A DNA stretch of 64,000 nt from Geosiphon pyriformis uo1 (taxonomy: Eukaryota > Fungi > Glomeromycota), in NCBI GenBank assembly GCA_016748015.1, contig JAAOMT010000599.1:458589-522588 (forward strand), given 5' to 3'. Positions 9,331 to 23,516 of the stretch are shown here, one piece after another (the first letter of the stretch is position 1; each line of letters opens with the position of its first letter). The notes beneath the pieces are model-generated. The model was not told where the DNA came from. It saw only the letters and a list, made by a program, of their open reading frames with translations, and did no database searches. Both the position numbers and the translations under genes were made by a program.

Positions 9331-12300
9331 TGCTCCTTGGTAAGATCTGGAAGTGCAATATATTGTTTAGAGTTTGAATTGGAGTTTGAATCTGAGTTAA
9401 CATCATTGTTATTTTGAACAGAGCTAAAACTGTTATTTTTGTTGTTATCATTGTCGGAATTTAAATCAGGATTGAAAACTGATTCCAATTCCGATGTGCA
9501 GCTGCTGATTGGTTTTTCTTTCTCTGGGATTGTGTAGATTATGTGTGGTGGTAAATTGTAAATGAGGTCACACTTATTACAATATTAGAAGTCACAGAGA
9601 ATTAAGCAGTATTGACATAGTTAAGTATTTAACTGCTCTAACTGCTGCTCTTGTTCTTTTTTGGTGGGTGCTAGTTGCTAGTAATGTTCATGAAATTCTT
9701 CTGAATCGTCCTTAATATTGCCAAAGACATTGAACATTTGGACATATTTGGGTTCAGGAAGAAATAGAGAGTTGTTTTTGATTTCTAGTAGTTCACTGGT
9801 TGTTGCGCTTTCTGTTTTTGCATATGCTATTTTCTAGAGTTCATGTTTGTTATGAGGATATCCTTTCAATAATTGCAACACTCTTTTCCAAGCATCATTG
9901 ATTGATGTTCTTTTGTATATCCAGTCATTAATTAGAATTGTATACTGGCACATCTCATCGCATGTTTCTCTTCATCCAGAGATGTCATTTCATATTTCTT
10001 TATCTGGAAGAGTTTCTCCACAAGCCAAGCATGATTCATTGTCCCACTTTCCTTGTCATTTTGGACATCCAAAGCATTCTATGATGCATGCATGGCAATA
10101 GAATTTGGTTGCTGTTGAGTATTCCTCATCATTATTACAACACATGTCTATTGATAACAATCTCTTGCTACAATCAACACATATGAGTTTTGGGCAACAA
10201 TAGTTTGATTGTGGTGTTGTGTAAGTATATGTAGGGTGAGCAGGGGTTGATATTGAATTTTTTTCTTTTCCTTTTTCTTTTATTTTATCTTCTTTCCATT
10301 CTCAAGTTGTTGATAATTTGTTCTGATTGTTGTGAGTTTCCCAGTCTTGGTCAGTATTCCAGGTAAATTTTTCTCTCTGTTTTCTTTTGCTGTTGTCATC
10401 CCATGAAAATATTGGCAGCAGCTCATTGTGCTCTGTATTAGCTCAGGACACTTGGTAGGCTTTCCAGGTAGGTTTCTTTTTTTCTTCCTTGAATTCGATA
10501 AGAGATCCTAGCATGTTGAGAGTTTTGAAATGGCCACACGTGGCTGGTACTCATGTGTGTTAACCATTCTGGCTGAGTTGAAGCTCTTGTGTGTTCCAAT
10601 TAAGTGTCGTGTTGGTTTTGAACAGCCAGTCATTGTCAATGAAGGCTTGATATTGAGTGGCTTCCATAACTAATACTTTGATTGGCACAATAATACCATT
10701 GACTTTTATAGGGAAGTCATCAATCTCACCAATCTGAATTTTGGTTGCTCCATTAGCTGTGATGATTCGTGCACTGGCAGCTTGATCAACTCAGTGACCT
10801 AATTGGTCCATGAGTTGTTTTGTGATAATACTGCCGGCTGATCTACTGTCTAATATTAATTTGATGAAGTGGCCATCAACTTTGGCATTGGTGTATATGA
10901 TGGTGATAAGTTTTTCTTCAAGAGCAGCTCCACTGAATAATGGCATGGCTGACAGTTCCTTGAGTTCAAATAGAAAAATGACATCCAGTGATTTGTTCTC
11001 AGTAATGGTAGCTGGTGGAATGTTGCTAGTAAGTATTGATGATTGGTTGGTTTCTGGATTATTGGGTTGGGTGTCTTCTGGGATAACCAGGAGACTTAAA
11101 TAGTTCTGGGAACTCAGATTTTGAGTATACCCAGTTTCTGAATTCTACTGTTGTGATCCTGACAGCTGGTTGGATGAACTGGAGATTGGTTGGTGAACAA
11201 CCATTGCCGATCTTCAGTTTTGGGTGACTCTTGATCTAAGGTTTCTTAATGTTATTTAAGCTGGGTTTGATGGTAGTGTTTGAACTGTGGGTGTTTGATA
11301 AATTATTTGTGGCTGTGGTGGTTGATATATTATCAGTAACTGTAGTTGATAAACTGGAGATTGATATATGGGTGGTTGATACATTGGTTGTTGCATCATT
11401 GGCAGGTAAGTTGGTTGATATGGTGCTGAGTTGAATTGGTAACTCAGAGTTGGGAACTGGCAATTGGGGTTTCAATATTGATTTCCTGATTATTGGTTAT
11501 TATTATAAAATTAGCAGTCAGCTCTAATGTGGCCTTGTTTACCACAGTTATGGCAGACACACGTCTTTTGTTGCCATGACTGATTTGAAGATGATGATGA
11601 ATGTGACTAATTTTGGAAATAATTTATGTTTCCTGAATTATTGCGTTATTGTGGTGGTTAATAAATTGTGCAATTGTCAGCTAAATATCCTTCCAATTTT
11701 TGATTAATTGAATTACTGAATTGTTTTAATTTGGAATCCAATTCAGATGATCCATTTATTATTAGATTAATGGCTTGGGTATGGCTTGCTTTGAGTTCTG
11801 CTGATTCAAAATCTCTGGCATTTGTAATGGCAATTTGGAGAGTTTGTGAATGCATTGGACATATGTGCTGGAGAAGGCTACTATGCAGTCTATGAATGAA
11901 CTGGTTTAGAATCTGAGGTGCTGTAAAATAGTTGGCTTGAATTGCTTAAATCTGGTGCAAATTTCTGTGGAAACATTCCAAGTAAGTGGTAACTGCTTTA
12001 GTTTCTCCTTGTTTGATTGTGGTAAAGGTGTTGACTAAGTGATTAATGCTGTTGTTATTACTGAAATATCCCAAAAATGCAGTTTTAAATTCCTGGAATG
12101 TTTGAGGTTTAACAATTAAACTCTGATACCATGAGTCAGCAATATCTTGTAGAAAATAGGAAATTGCTTGAAGGGCTCTGTCATCATTTCATTCATTGGT
12201 TGTGATGGCTTTTTCCACATCATTGAGCCATACTTGGGCATCATCTTCTTCACTGGTAAATTTCTCAATTTTGGCAATTGGAGCATAAGCCATTGGTTGT

Positions 12301-13329
12301 TGTTGTGGTTGTTGAACTAGTTGCTAGATAAGTTGCTGTAGTGGTGGCTATTAAAGAGGTATTTGCTGCTGTTGAATCAGTTTAATAATCAGTTCAATTG
12401 GTGGCTGATTGATGACAATATTTAGAAGTAAGTTTTATTGATTAATTAAGTCAGGGTTTTGATCGTTCTGATTTGGCTGTGTTTGAAAATTGGGAGTTTC
12501 AATTTCTGGATTTTCTAAATTTAGATTTTGCTGAGTCTGAAAATTCGGGGTTTCAATGTTTGGGTTCTCTGGGATCGGGTTTTGGTAAGTAAGTTATTGA
12601 TCTTCAGATTCTTTTTCTTGTTCTTTTTCCAAATCCATTACTTCTCAGAAACTTGCAGTTCTGAAATCTGGTTGAGGTAGTGGAAATTGAAGTTCTGATG
12701 GCATTAGAAATCATAACTTAAATCCTTCGAAATACATGCCATATGGTCCTAAAAGATTTTCTTTCCTTTGTTTACTCTGAAATGAGAATCATCCAAAGAT
12801 TGATGTCACATGTGATGTGGACACATCTGTTGATGTAATGTTGATGATGCTTTCAGGTGTGTAGTGGTATGATGGGTTTGTTGATGATTCAACTCTGGTT
12901 TTCTTTTAAGTGAATGGTTGTATTTGTTTTAGTGTCACTGCTGGTGTTTGCAACCTTTCTTTGCCTTTGTCTGCATAGGTAATAGAGAATTGTTGTTGTG
13001 TGTATCTTTCGATGGTTTGGTTGATTTCCCTGATAATTGGTGCGAAACTATAATTTCTTGGTAAGCTGGTGTGTTGAAATAATTCTGTATAGAAATTTTC
13101 TCTTGTAGCTTCAATGTTAACTGTTTCTCTTAAGCAGTCTGTGATTTTATTGTTAACATAGAAGTTAAAGACTGATTCTACTGGGAAATAATTATTGTTC
13201 AATCTTAATTGTTGGCTATACTGTTGAAACAAGGATTTGGTAAATCCTAAATGGTTTGCTCCTATGATTTCTGATTCTGCCACTTTTGGATGATTGTGGT
13301 TGGTGCTGGTTCTCTGTAGAATTATACTT

Positions 13330-13343
13330 CACAGAGAGCACCA
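13330..13343 (-). promoter_or_regulatory. Primer binding site of element B (TGGTGCTCTCTGTG)
   Basis: Starts TGG two nt after the LTR end and is complementary to a tRNA 3' end ...GAGAGCACCA. The tRNA identity (Met-elongator or Ile-like) is unverified. Confidence 0.8.
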
Positions 13344-13345
13344 AA

Positions 13346-14224
13346 TGTTACAGGTGATTATTTGGAGTCTTAAAGCAAATAACAAACCCGTAACTTGGTG
13401 CTCAATTGATATAAATAATGTTGGTAATATCTGAAAAATTTTTTGTTGATCTGAAGGTTTGATTGTGGAGTTTTTTGTATAATGGACAGAGAGTTAAGTG
13501 ATGGTTTTATCCATAGCTTTCTGAAACTGCAGTTTCATTAAATTTTTTTTTCAGTATAGTGGCCAGTAATCCTCCTAGTAAGCTATCTTCAAATCTATGA
13601 GTGTTCTACCCTTGTTTTACAGGTCTTTTACCAGTCACTATGACATCTGTATCTCAGTGCTTAATTTTTAATCAATTTAGTAAAACCAAAGAAATAACAA
13701 AAAGAAATAAAAAAAAATAAAATAAATGAAGAAATAAATGAAAGCAATTGCAAGTTAGTATCCTGTCAATAGTCATGATCAAGAGCTATTGTTTCAGTGT
13801 GGTTAAGTATCAATTACTATTAACATAAAGTGCTAATAGTGGAGAGTAAATTGAGATAGTAAATAATTATTTATTGATATTTGTGATGTAGAGAGTTTCT
13901 AACTGATAGATTCTGCCTTTTTATTTCTAATGTTACTGCTATATATACATAATTAATGTTCTATGAGATCGCTCATATTCTCAAGTGATGTGCTATAATT
14001 TTTCAAATAATGCTCACATTGCTGAGCAATGTGTTATATTTTCTTGACATTACTCCACATTGCTGAGTAATGTGCCTTGATTTCTGACATTGTTTTACAT
14101 TGCTGAGCAATGTGCTATGATTTCTGACATTGCTCTATATTGCTGAGCAATATGCTTACATGCTAACTACTACTTACCTATTGGTCTACTATTTTTTATA
14201 TCTGATTTTTTTTTATGAGTAACA
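13346..14224 (-). repeat. 5' LTR of element B
   Basis: TGTTAC/GTAACA termini, adjacent PBS, and a ~40-bp tandem array at ~13975-14160. Confidence 0.9.
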
Positions 14225-15635
14225 GCAACCAGCCTGCTTTTATTTGCTTCTGAGAATGCTCTACATGGTAAAGCACCAGAAAAAAATTTCTCACCAACTG
14301 CACAGCCCAAAGAAATATGATTTAAGTTCTCACACTTAGCACATTTAGTTGGAATAAAATAAGACCAGTGCATATTAGCACTTTTCAGCACAGACATGGT
14401 TTTTATAACTGCATCTAATAATTTAGCAGAATCAAAACAGACAGCAGCACATCTGGCCTAAGCATAAGAAACTGAATGACAGTTAATAATACAAGTTCTT
14501 CTACCAACTGAGATAATATAATTCTAAATATTGTGTGCATTGGTCTTCATTGGCAAAGTATACAATAGTGCTTTGTAAGCATCTCTTATATCTCATGATT
14601 TTTTATTCATATCAGACCTAACAATACACACCATATTCTTCCCAATTAGGATAAACCATTTAACTACAATCAAATCAACATAATTAGTCTGTTCAAATTC
14701 TACTAAAGCTTTCTGTTACAGCCTCACCAATTGCATTTTAATCGACTTAATTGTGCCAAATTCAGAAAGCACAGCCCACACAGTCTCAGCTAATATTCCA
14801 ATTGGAATTTCTTTCAACACAACAGCCCAATCTAAATACACAGTAGATTTCTTAAGATTGGTGTTTACCAAAATATTTGCAGCTCTTGCCTTTTTTACAG
14901 CCTGTGCCAAACTTGATTCAGAAGTGAAAAAGGCACAAACAATTCCAGCAAATTTTGAGGAGGTAGAGACCTCTCCAAAACCATCAACTTTTAAAAACAA
15001 CTTTTTAATAGACACAAGTTTTTCATAAGAAAACTTTTCAGCAATTTTTTCCAGACCAATATTTAGAGCAAAAGATTTTTTGACAAACATATTAACTAGA
15101 TTCTTCAATGGTGGAGAGAAAACTACAGGAACATCCAAAAGAATGTTATCATTATTAACATCACTCAAAAATTTAATTTTACCTAATGGCATACTCAAAG
15201 CTTTTTTTGTTATCAATCTCAGACCTTTTGGCATTTGGTTGGAATTATCTTCATTAAACACATTCCTTTCTTTATAATCCATACTGGTTTCCTCTATTAG
15301 ATACTCTTTTTTCATATTAACATTATCAGATTTGGTAGTATCACCAGCTTCAGATTTTCAAGAACTACTAACTACTTTTTCAGACAAAACAGCTCTATGA
15401 ACAGCACTATCTTTTAGAATACCTCCTTTTTTTTTTTTTCTAGATGCAATATCTTTGTCAACAACACTAGTATCAGCACCAAAATCTTTGACAGACTCCT
15501 TTATCACAGCAATACTACAGCCAATAGTGGTCTTATAATCAAACAAAAAGAGTTTGGATTTATCATACTGAATTGTAAAAAACTTCTTTTAAGAAAAACT
15601 TTTGACTCTTTTTTGGGAATTTTGGATGAAAGAAA
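14225..15635 (-). mobile_element. LINE-like element J1, 5' UTR and ORF1 fragment, interrupted by element B
   Basis: ORF1 fragments (RRM-like EIPIG...EFGTIKSIKMQL; CAKCENLNHISLGC knuckle) are homologous to J2 ORF1. It shares the 5' end motif CCAAAAAAGAGTCAAAAG with J2. Confidence 0.8.
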
Positions 15636-15649
15636 ATTTTTAAATTATT

Positions 15650-16852
15650 AAGTTTTTTTTTTAATAAAATGTTTTATTTGTTGTACTATTTTTTTATAAA
15701 ATACTTATTTAAAATTGTTAATATATAGTGTCTAAATATTTAATTGTTATTTCAAATAATAATAACAATATACTATTAAAAACTGTTTTTTTAACTTTTG
15801 TAGTCTTTTTTTATTAGTTTTTTTAACTTATTATTAGATTTCTGAAAATTTTTTTACTTTTTTAACAAGTTTTTTTGTGTAGTTATTTTCTTATTTTTGA
15901 GTTTTATTGTATAATATCTTCTTAATTGTCTTGTTTTTTTGAATATTTTTATAATAAATTTCTTGTTTATTAATTGTTATTTCTATGTTTAAGTTTTTGG
16001 TTTTTAATATTTAAAATAATTATTGTGTTATTATGTATATTTTATTTGTTATTTTTATTTTTTGTTTTATTTATTACATATACTGATTATATTTATAATA
16101 ATTTTCAGTTTTATAATATATCAACTTTAATAATAATAATTGGTTCTAAATTTTGTAAAATTTTATCTGATTTAATTAATCTTTCTTGTGCTTTTAACTA
16201 AAGTATGTTAAGGTTTGCTAATATTTTACTATAATATAATATTAACTAATTTTTATGTACTGTTTTAGTTAAAATTTTATTTTTTAGTCTTATTTTATAT
16301 GATTTATTTTTTAGTATTTTTTTAATATAAAATAGTCTGTTTTAATTTGAATTAAATTTTTTATTTCATTGATTTTTTGTTTTTATATAATATAAAAATA
16401 TTTGGTTTTTAATTTTAAATTTAGCTAGTTTGTTTAACAATTATTTATTATGTTTTTTTTGTTTTTTTTGTAACTTTAATATAATTTATTGTTTTTTTTG
16501 TTTTTCAAGATTTCTATTAAATTATATATTTGTTTTAATAATATTATTTAAAATATAATATTATTATTTTTTTATTAGTAATATTGCTATTTTGCTATAT
16601 ATTAATTTAAATAATATAACTTAAACAATATTTTGTTTTATTGTTTAATAAGTAAATAATACTAATAATATAAATATGTTTTATTTTTTTTGGTTTTTTT
16701 AACTAATTTTAGTTAATACTTTATATAATATTTTATTAATTTTTTTAATTAAGTTATTTTTTTGTGAATAATATGATAATAATAATAATTATTATTATTA
16801 TTTAATTTTAAATTTTTGACTTAATTTTGTTAATGTTCTGTTTACAAAATAA
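15650..16852 (-). pseudogene. Heavily AT-decayed integrase C-terminus and ORF3 of an A-like element
   Basis: The reverse strand reads FVNRTL at ~16850 and KSDKILQNLEPIIII at ~16130-16180, matching A's QSDKIPQDLEPIIII. Confidence 0.7.
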
Positions 16853-19800
16853 TATTATAAATATATTTAATAAAATAATATTATAATGTTTTAGTGCTTA
16901 AAATTTAGTAATAAGAGCTAAATAGTCTTTAAATAAATTGTGTTTAATTGTTAATAGTTCTATTAGTCTTTAAAAATTTTTTGTTTATAAATTTATCTGT
17001 TGAGTTTTTTTGTTATAAAACACAAAGATGTGTTTTTTATTGTAATATTAATATTATTATTATATTATTCTGTAATAGTTAATTACAATTGCTAAAATTT
17101 AATATTGTTTTTTTGCTCTTTTAATAAGCTAACAAGATAAAGTTAATATTTAAACCTAAAAAAAACTTCTCTTTTTTATTAGACTATTATAAAATCTAAT
17201 CTTAAAACAGTTAATTTTCAATATTGCTATTTTATAAAATAAATAAAAATAAAAGAAAAAAAATTAGTATCTTATTAATTATTATAATTAAAAGCAATTA
17301 ATTTAAGTTGTTAGAATTTTAAAAGCATTATTCTAATTGTATTGATTTAAAATTAAAAATAAGCAAAACAATTAAGTAGATTTCAACAAATAATTTGGTA
17401 AAATTATGTAATTATAAATAAAATAATAATATTTTATTTAATTAATAAAAGATATAAAAAAAACCAAGATAAAAAAAGCTTTTAGATTAAAAATAAAAAT
17501 TTAATTTTTGTATAATTTTTTTTTCTGTCTGTTAAAATTACTTGTTTTTATATATATTTTCTAATTTTATAAAATTGCTTTTAATTATTTGTTATTATTA
17601 ATTATTATTTACTATTTTTAGCTATTACTTTGTTTTTTATATTATAATTAGTTATTTTATATTATTACTAATTATTTTGTATTATTTTGAATTATCTTAT
17701 GTTATCTTATTTTTTTATTTTATTACATAGTATTTACGTTTTTTTTAATAAGTTTTTGATCAATTTTTTACTTAAATAATAATATTTTTTTTTTAAAATT
17801 AAATTTCTGTAAAATCTTCAAAAGTTGTTTTTTTAATATAATGTTTAAATATTATATTAAATATTGTTTTTTATAGTTTTTTGAATTGTAATTGGTTATT
17901 TTTTTAATGTTGTTAACTATAATTGTTTTTATTATACTGTTTAATAATATAATTAAATAGTATTTAAATACTAAATATAATCTGTAAGTTGCTTTATAAT
18001 GTAATATTAGATTGATTTTTTTAAAAAATTGTTTTACTTGTTCCAAAACTTTTTTGTTAAATACTTAATTATTGTTATTTATATATGATATTTATAAATT
18101 TAGTTTTTTATCAATTTTAAAGAACCAATACATTAATAGAAGTTTTTTTTATGTTGTAAAGATTTTTGACATTTATTTTCTAATGTTTAATTCTATTATT
18201 AAATTATTTAAATCTTTTTTTACTTTTTTTATTGTTTAAGTATTAAGGTTTTTTTTGCTTAAAACCAAGTAGATTAAAAATATTTAGTTTTAATTAAATT
18301 TTTATTTGTTTTTTTTTTGCTTATAATTCTGTATTATAATTTTTATTTATTAATAATTACTTTTAAGAAAATTATTAATTATTGTATAGCTTTAAAAAGT
18401 TGTTATAAAAGTTTTAAAATATTATCTAAAATTTTTATAGTAAAATATGTTTACTGTCTTTTAATTTTTCTGGTTATGTTTTTATATTTTTATTATATTA
18501 TAAATTAAATAAATTGTAGTCAACAATAATAATTGGTTTTAGATTTTGTGAAATATTTTTGGATTTAATTAATAAAATTTGTGTTTTTAATTGAAATATA
18601 ATTAATAATAATATTTGTATTATATAATAAAGTTTTAAATAATTTTTATGTGTAGTTTTCTTTAGAATTTTGTTTTTTAATTGTAGTTTATAGACTCTAT
18701 TATCAAGAATTTTATGTATATAAAATAGTTTATTTTACTTTAGATCAAATTTTTTACTCTATTGTTTTTTTGTTTTAGTATAATATAATAATACTTTGGT
18801 TTTAATCTTAAATTTAACTGGTTGGTCAAATAGATAATTGTTATGTCTTTTTTTTTGTTGTTTTTAAGAATTATTAATATTATTAAGTGCTGTTTTGTGA
18901 TTATTTTCTAATGTTTTCATAAACTAGTATGTTTTTTAGTATAAAATAATTTCAAAATTTTTTTTAGCAATTGTTTTTATTAGAAAAAAATATATTTTCA
19001 GTTTAATAAACAGTATAATTATTCTTTTATATACTAATTTAAATAATATAAATTAAATAGTATTTTGCTTTAATATTTGGTATGTAAATAATACTAAGGA
19101 TATAAATAAGTCTTATTCTTGTATATTTTTATAACTTATTTTTGTTAATGCTTTATACAATATTTAGTTAAATTATTTTACTAATTTATTTGTTTGAAAA
19201 TAATATAATAATAATAAAAATTATTTTATTTTAAATTGTTAACTTAGTTTTATAAAAATGCTGTTAATAAAATGAGTTTTTTGATTAAATTATATTTTTT
19301 TTTGATATTTATGTTGACAATCAAATTTTAATATACAAATTCAATTATTGTTTTGGCATTTACAATTTAAATAGCATAAATTTTTGGCTATTTAGTAAAA
19401 TAGTCTATAGCTATTGTAATATATTAATTTTCTTTAAAAATAATTAAAAAAAATTCAATAAAATTAATTTTAATTCTATTAAATAAATTTTCAGCTAGAA
19501 TAAGTTAAAGTAATTTGATTGTTCTACTTCTTTTTTTTTTTTAACAGAAGTTACAATTATAAATATATTTAAAAATATTTTCATATATTATTGACCAATA
19601 ATATAAGTTAATTGTTCTTTATAAAATAGCATTTTTGTTAAAATGTTTGGCAATTAAATTAAAATACATGTTAAACAAGATGGTTTTTTTTTATAATTTG
19701 TTGTAATATGATATGATTTTAACATTTTTATTAATATAACTTTTTATTATAAATAAGATAATTTTAAGTTTGTTTTTAAATAGTACTTTGTTTTTGTTAA

Positions 19801-22211
19801 GATGGTTTTTTTTGGATTAAAATGTTAATAAATATTGGTATAATTGTTAATAAGTAAATGTGTTTATTAATAAAAGATTAAATCTAAGTTATTTTTAATA
19901 AATTGTTAATATTGGTGTTTTTGTTTTTTCTTTATAATATACTTTATAAAAAAATTATTGTAGATAAATATTTTATTTTACATATTTTTTTTCAATTAAG
20001 ATTTATTAAGTAATTATATTAATCTTTTATAATCTGTATATAAGTTAAATAACTAGCAAAAATAATGTTTCCAGTTTTAAACAGCCTAATAAATAGCAAA
20101 ACATTCTAAGTCTGTAATATTATATATTGTTTTGCTGTAATAATACTGTAGTTTGTATAAAAAATAGAACATTTTTGGTTATTAAGTTTAATTTGTAATA
20201 AAATTGTACTTAAGACATTTTTTAAGACATTTATAGCTACAATAAACTATTTATTAAAGTCTAAATATATTAGAATTAAAGCTTTGATAAATTAATATTT
20301 AATATAGTTAAAAACTTTCTGTTGGCTAATTTTTTACATATAAGAAACATATTTTGAAAGTAGATAATAAAAAGTTTAACAATATCTAAAAAACTTTTGA
20401 TAAAATAATAATAATATTTAACAAGTCTTAAAAATTTTTATAATTCTTAGAAATTTTTTGGAACAGAAAAATTTTTAACTTTTTAAACTTTATCTAAATT
20501 GGCTTTATTTTGTTTTTTCTAATAATATGTTTTAGAAATTTAAGCTTGGTTTTTTTAAAAAAACATTTATTAAGATTGAGATTGAATTTTGTATTTTAAA
20601 AATAATTAAAAACTTGTTAAAGATAAAATAGATAATTATCAAATATTTCTGAAAATATGTTGGTATTATTTAGATAAAAAACAATTAATTTTTATAGAAT
20701 TTTTTGTATATAACATTTATCAGATATTAAAAAGTGACTAAGATATTATAGAGTCTAAAAAACATTACATTAAATTCGAAGTTTTCATCTTAAATAGTAA
20801 AAACAGTTTTTTTTTGTCAATTAAGTTTATTTCGACTTGCTAATATTTATTGGCTAAATCTAATTATAAAAACCATTTTTTATTTCCTAAGTTATATAGA
20901 ATTTTTTGAATAAGAAAAGTTAAATAATTATCTTTTCAAGTTATATTATTGAGTTTTTAATAATCAATACAAAAATGTATTTTTTTATTTTCTTTAATAA
21001 TTAAAACAACTGATAAGAATTATAAGCTTAGAAATTTCTTAATTAAATTATTATCTAGTATTTGTTGTACTTTTTGCTTAATTAAGTTGTCTTTATCAAG
21101 ATAATTTAATAAGCTTATTATTTAATAAGTCTAATATTTTTAGTATCAATTTTATATTTTATAATATCAATATATTCAAATTTGTTTTTATTGACAAAAA
21201 TATTAATATATTGGTTTAATAGAACTTTGAATTATATTTGTTAAAAAATATTTAAATTTCAAGATTAAGTTTATTAATTTTTTCTGGAATAAACAAATAA
21301 ATTTTTTTATATTTAAAAAATAATATTGCAAAATAAAAATAGTTAAGCAAAATTAGAAATAGATTAGAATTTTTGAAATTCTAAATGTTTAAAATGTTTA
21401 TAGACTTTAACAGAAATATAAAGATTTAGAATATTAATCAAATAACAGATTTCTGAAATAGCTTTAAACAATAGTGTTTAATTCTGAATTTTTTGTTTAA
21501 TTTTTATAATATACTGTTAGTATAATAGAATTAAAATAATAGTATCAATATAGATAAGTTTTATTTTGTCATTTAATTTTTTTACAAAGTTGATTTGCAT
21601 GTTTTTTTTACTAAATCCAAATTTTTGAATTTTTCTAATAATAAAACCTAATTTTTTTAAGTATTTATTAGAATAAATTAAAAAATTTTAACAAAAAACA
21701 AGAAGATGGCTTAAACAATTTTTTTGTGATTCAATTATATAGAGTTTATTAAAGTTGTTTTGGAATATTATAATAATATTTTCAGTATATTTAGCATTAA
21801 TTATTTCTTTTTTAATATTAATTTTTTTGTTTATAAGACTAAAATAAAATATAATCTGAATTATAGTACTAATAGAGATTTTTAGAACTAATTTAAAATC
21901 TATTTGTATTAAAAAATAGAATACTATAACTACAAAAAATTGTTTGGAGTATTTTAAATTAAATTTAATATTATTTATATGTACTTTTTTTAAATATATT
22001 CTTTTATTATTGTTATTGTATTATTTTAGTTTTAATTCTTTAAAGAAATTAAAACAAGTAAGATATTGTTCTATTTTAATAGCTATATTTGGCTCTTAAA
22101 ATAATATGTATTCTGTAATTAATTTATATTTTTTTTAGGCTTTTTAAATTTAGAAATTAGGTAAAAAATTTAAGATAATAAATTGAAAAAAAATTATATT
22201 TATTATAATAT

Positions 22212-22866
22212 TGTTACGGGTTGGAGTAACAAGCTAACAGATAGCAAGAGAGAACAGGATTGTAGGGTAATGGAAATAATCAAAGGGGAATTTAACTTCA
22301 ATGAGCGAATTGAATGAGTATGGATTCAATGTGTGAGATCAGTCTCATAAAATATCTCAGTCACTATTCTTTTTAAAAGATAACCGGAGAATCTGAAAGT
22401 AGAGGGATAGTCCGTACTGTCAACAATTGATCACCACTGGTATAATTCTATGCCTCACGTTGGCACTCTTAGAATTTAATATCAGATATCAACTTGTGCT
22501 TTTCAGTTACGTTTATTTAAATAGTCTTTAAATACTACAATTATTCAAACAGGAAAAGACCAACAAGTAATTTTTTATCCTAAGATGTTCAGATACTTGA
22601 AGGTAGAGAAAGGAAAATTAGCAATAAGAGAGTGATTGAGATGAAAGTTGTTATTTTTATTTATTTGATTCTTGTCTGAGATATGATTTTCTACAGCTAA
22701 GAGACTTATTGCTTATATAGCTATTGAAAGTGGTCAATGACCAGGTCAATGGTCAGATCATTGATCAGGTCAATGATCACTATCTAAAAATAGAGTGGCT
22801 AATTATATGACATCAGTGGCTACTACATGTGATAACTAATAAAAATTATAGGTTTTAACCATAACA
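22212..22866 (-). repeat. 3' LTR of element D
   Basis: Direct repeat of 29188-29890 with TG...CA ends; the PPT GGAAAGGATAA is adjacent on the minus strand. Confidence 0.95.
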
Positions 22867-23475
22867 TTATCCTTTCCAAAGAGATTGAGCTCTGGCAAAA
22901 TCAAGCTATTTATAGAGTATTCTAATTGAAAGGTTTTGTCTAACTCAAAACTAACTAGTTTGTTGAAGTCTTTTGTGGATAAAGTGTATAGTACTTGAGG
23001 CAAAATAAGCTTTGTATCCAAGAGACCAAACCTTTGTATAAGAGTTTTGGCTCTTCTGGCAATGGTCAAAACTCTTGGGACATCCAACCGTATAATGCCC
23101 AAAATTTCCACTTGTATCTCAGAAGTTGTTTTCTTCATGAGCTTCATGTCTTCTATGATTTCATCAAGGCAACCATAGAGCTCTAGTTGTCTTCCATATG
23201 ACAAGTTTTTGTCTATGGGCAAGATTTCTTTAATTGTTTTTCCAATTGTGGTGGAAGGTACAAGTATTGCTGCTGTTATGCTTTCTAACAGATACTTATC
23301 CATTTTGCTACCAATTTTTTCTCTTTGGTCTGATAACAGTATGAGTTCCACTGTTGTCTGTTATTATGGTCTGTTTTCCAATGATCAGAGTAGTATTTGG
23401 ATAATTTTTGATCCAGTACTCATGGAGAGTGTAGAAAGCATTTTGAATGTTTTGATCTAGGAAATAATTGTTCAT
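22867..23475 (-). pseudogene. Element D 3' accessory ORF (ORF3)
   Basis: MNNYFLDQNIQ...IIGKQTI (ORF 23308-23571) is frameshifted into ORF 22836-23351 (...TIARRAKTLIQRFG...). DFARAQ lies at the PPT in an adjacent frame. Confidence 0.7.
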
Positions 23476-23516
23476 GTCAATTAAAGATACCTCTGTTTTG
23501 GAAATAGTGCATTTAT

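Larger units (their letters stand above)
8832..14224 (-). mobile_element. Ty3/Gypsy-type element B, 5' half (LTR, PBS, gag, protease, Cys-rich domain, dUTPase), interrupted by element A
   Basis: Minus-strand paralog of A: gag ~11100-13283, protease ~10520-10910, Cys-rich ~9560-10200, dUTPase ORF 8796-9488 cut at 8832. Confidence 0.92.

Noticed and set aside
13975-14160. Palindromic repeats resembling a CRISPR array
   Set aside because: The intervening sequences are themselves repeated (tandem units, no unique spacers), the array lies inside an LTR, and no cas genes are present.
15974-18508. Short hydrophobic ORFs (15974-16201, 18317-18508; also 29953-30177) as membrane proteins
   Set aside because: They are F/L/I-rich artefacts of extreme AT content, antisense to decayed retroelement sequence.
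15650-22200. AT-rich stretch as organellar DNA or an endosymbiont insertion
   Set aside because: It is colinear with neighbouring Gypsy elements (integrase, RT and ORF3 remnants), so it is mutated transposon DNA.
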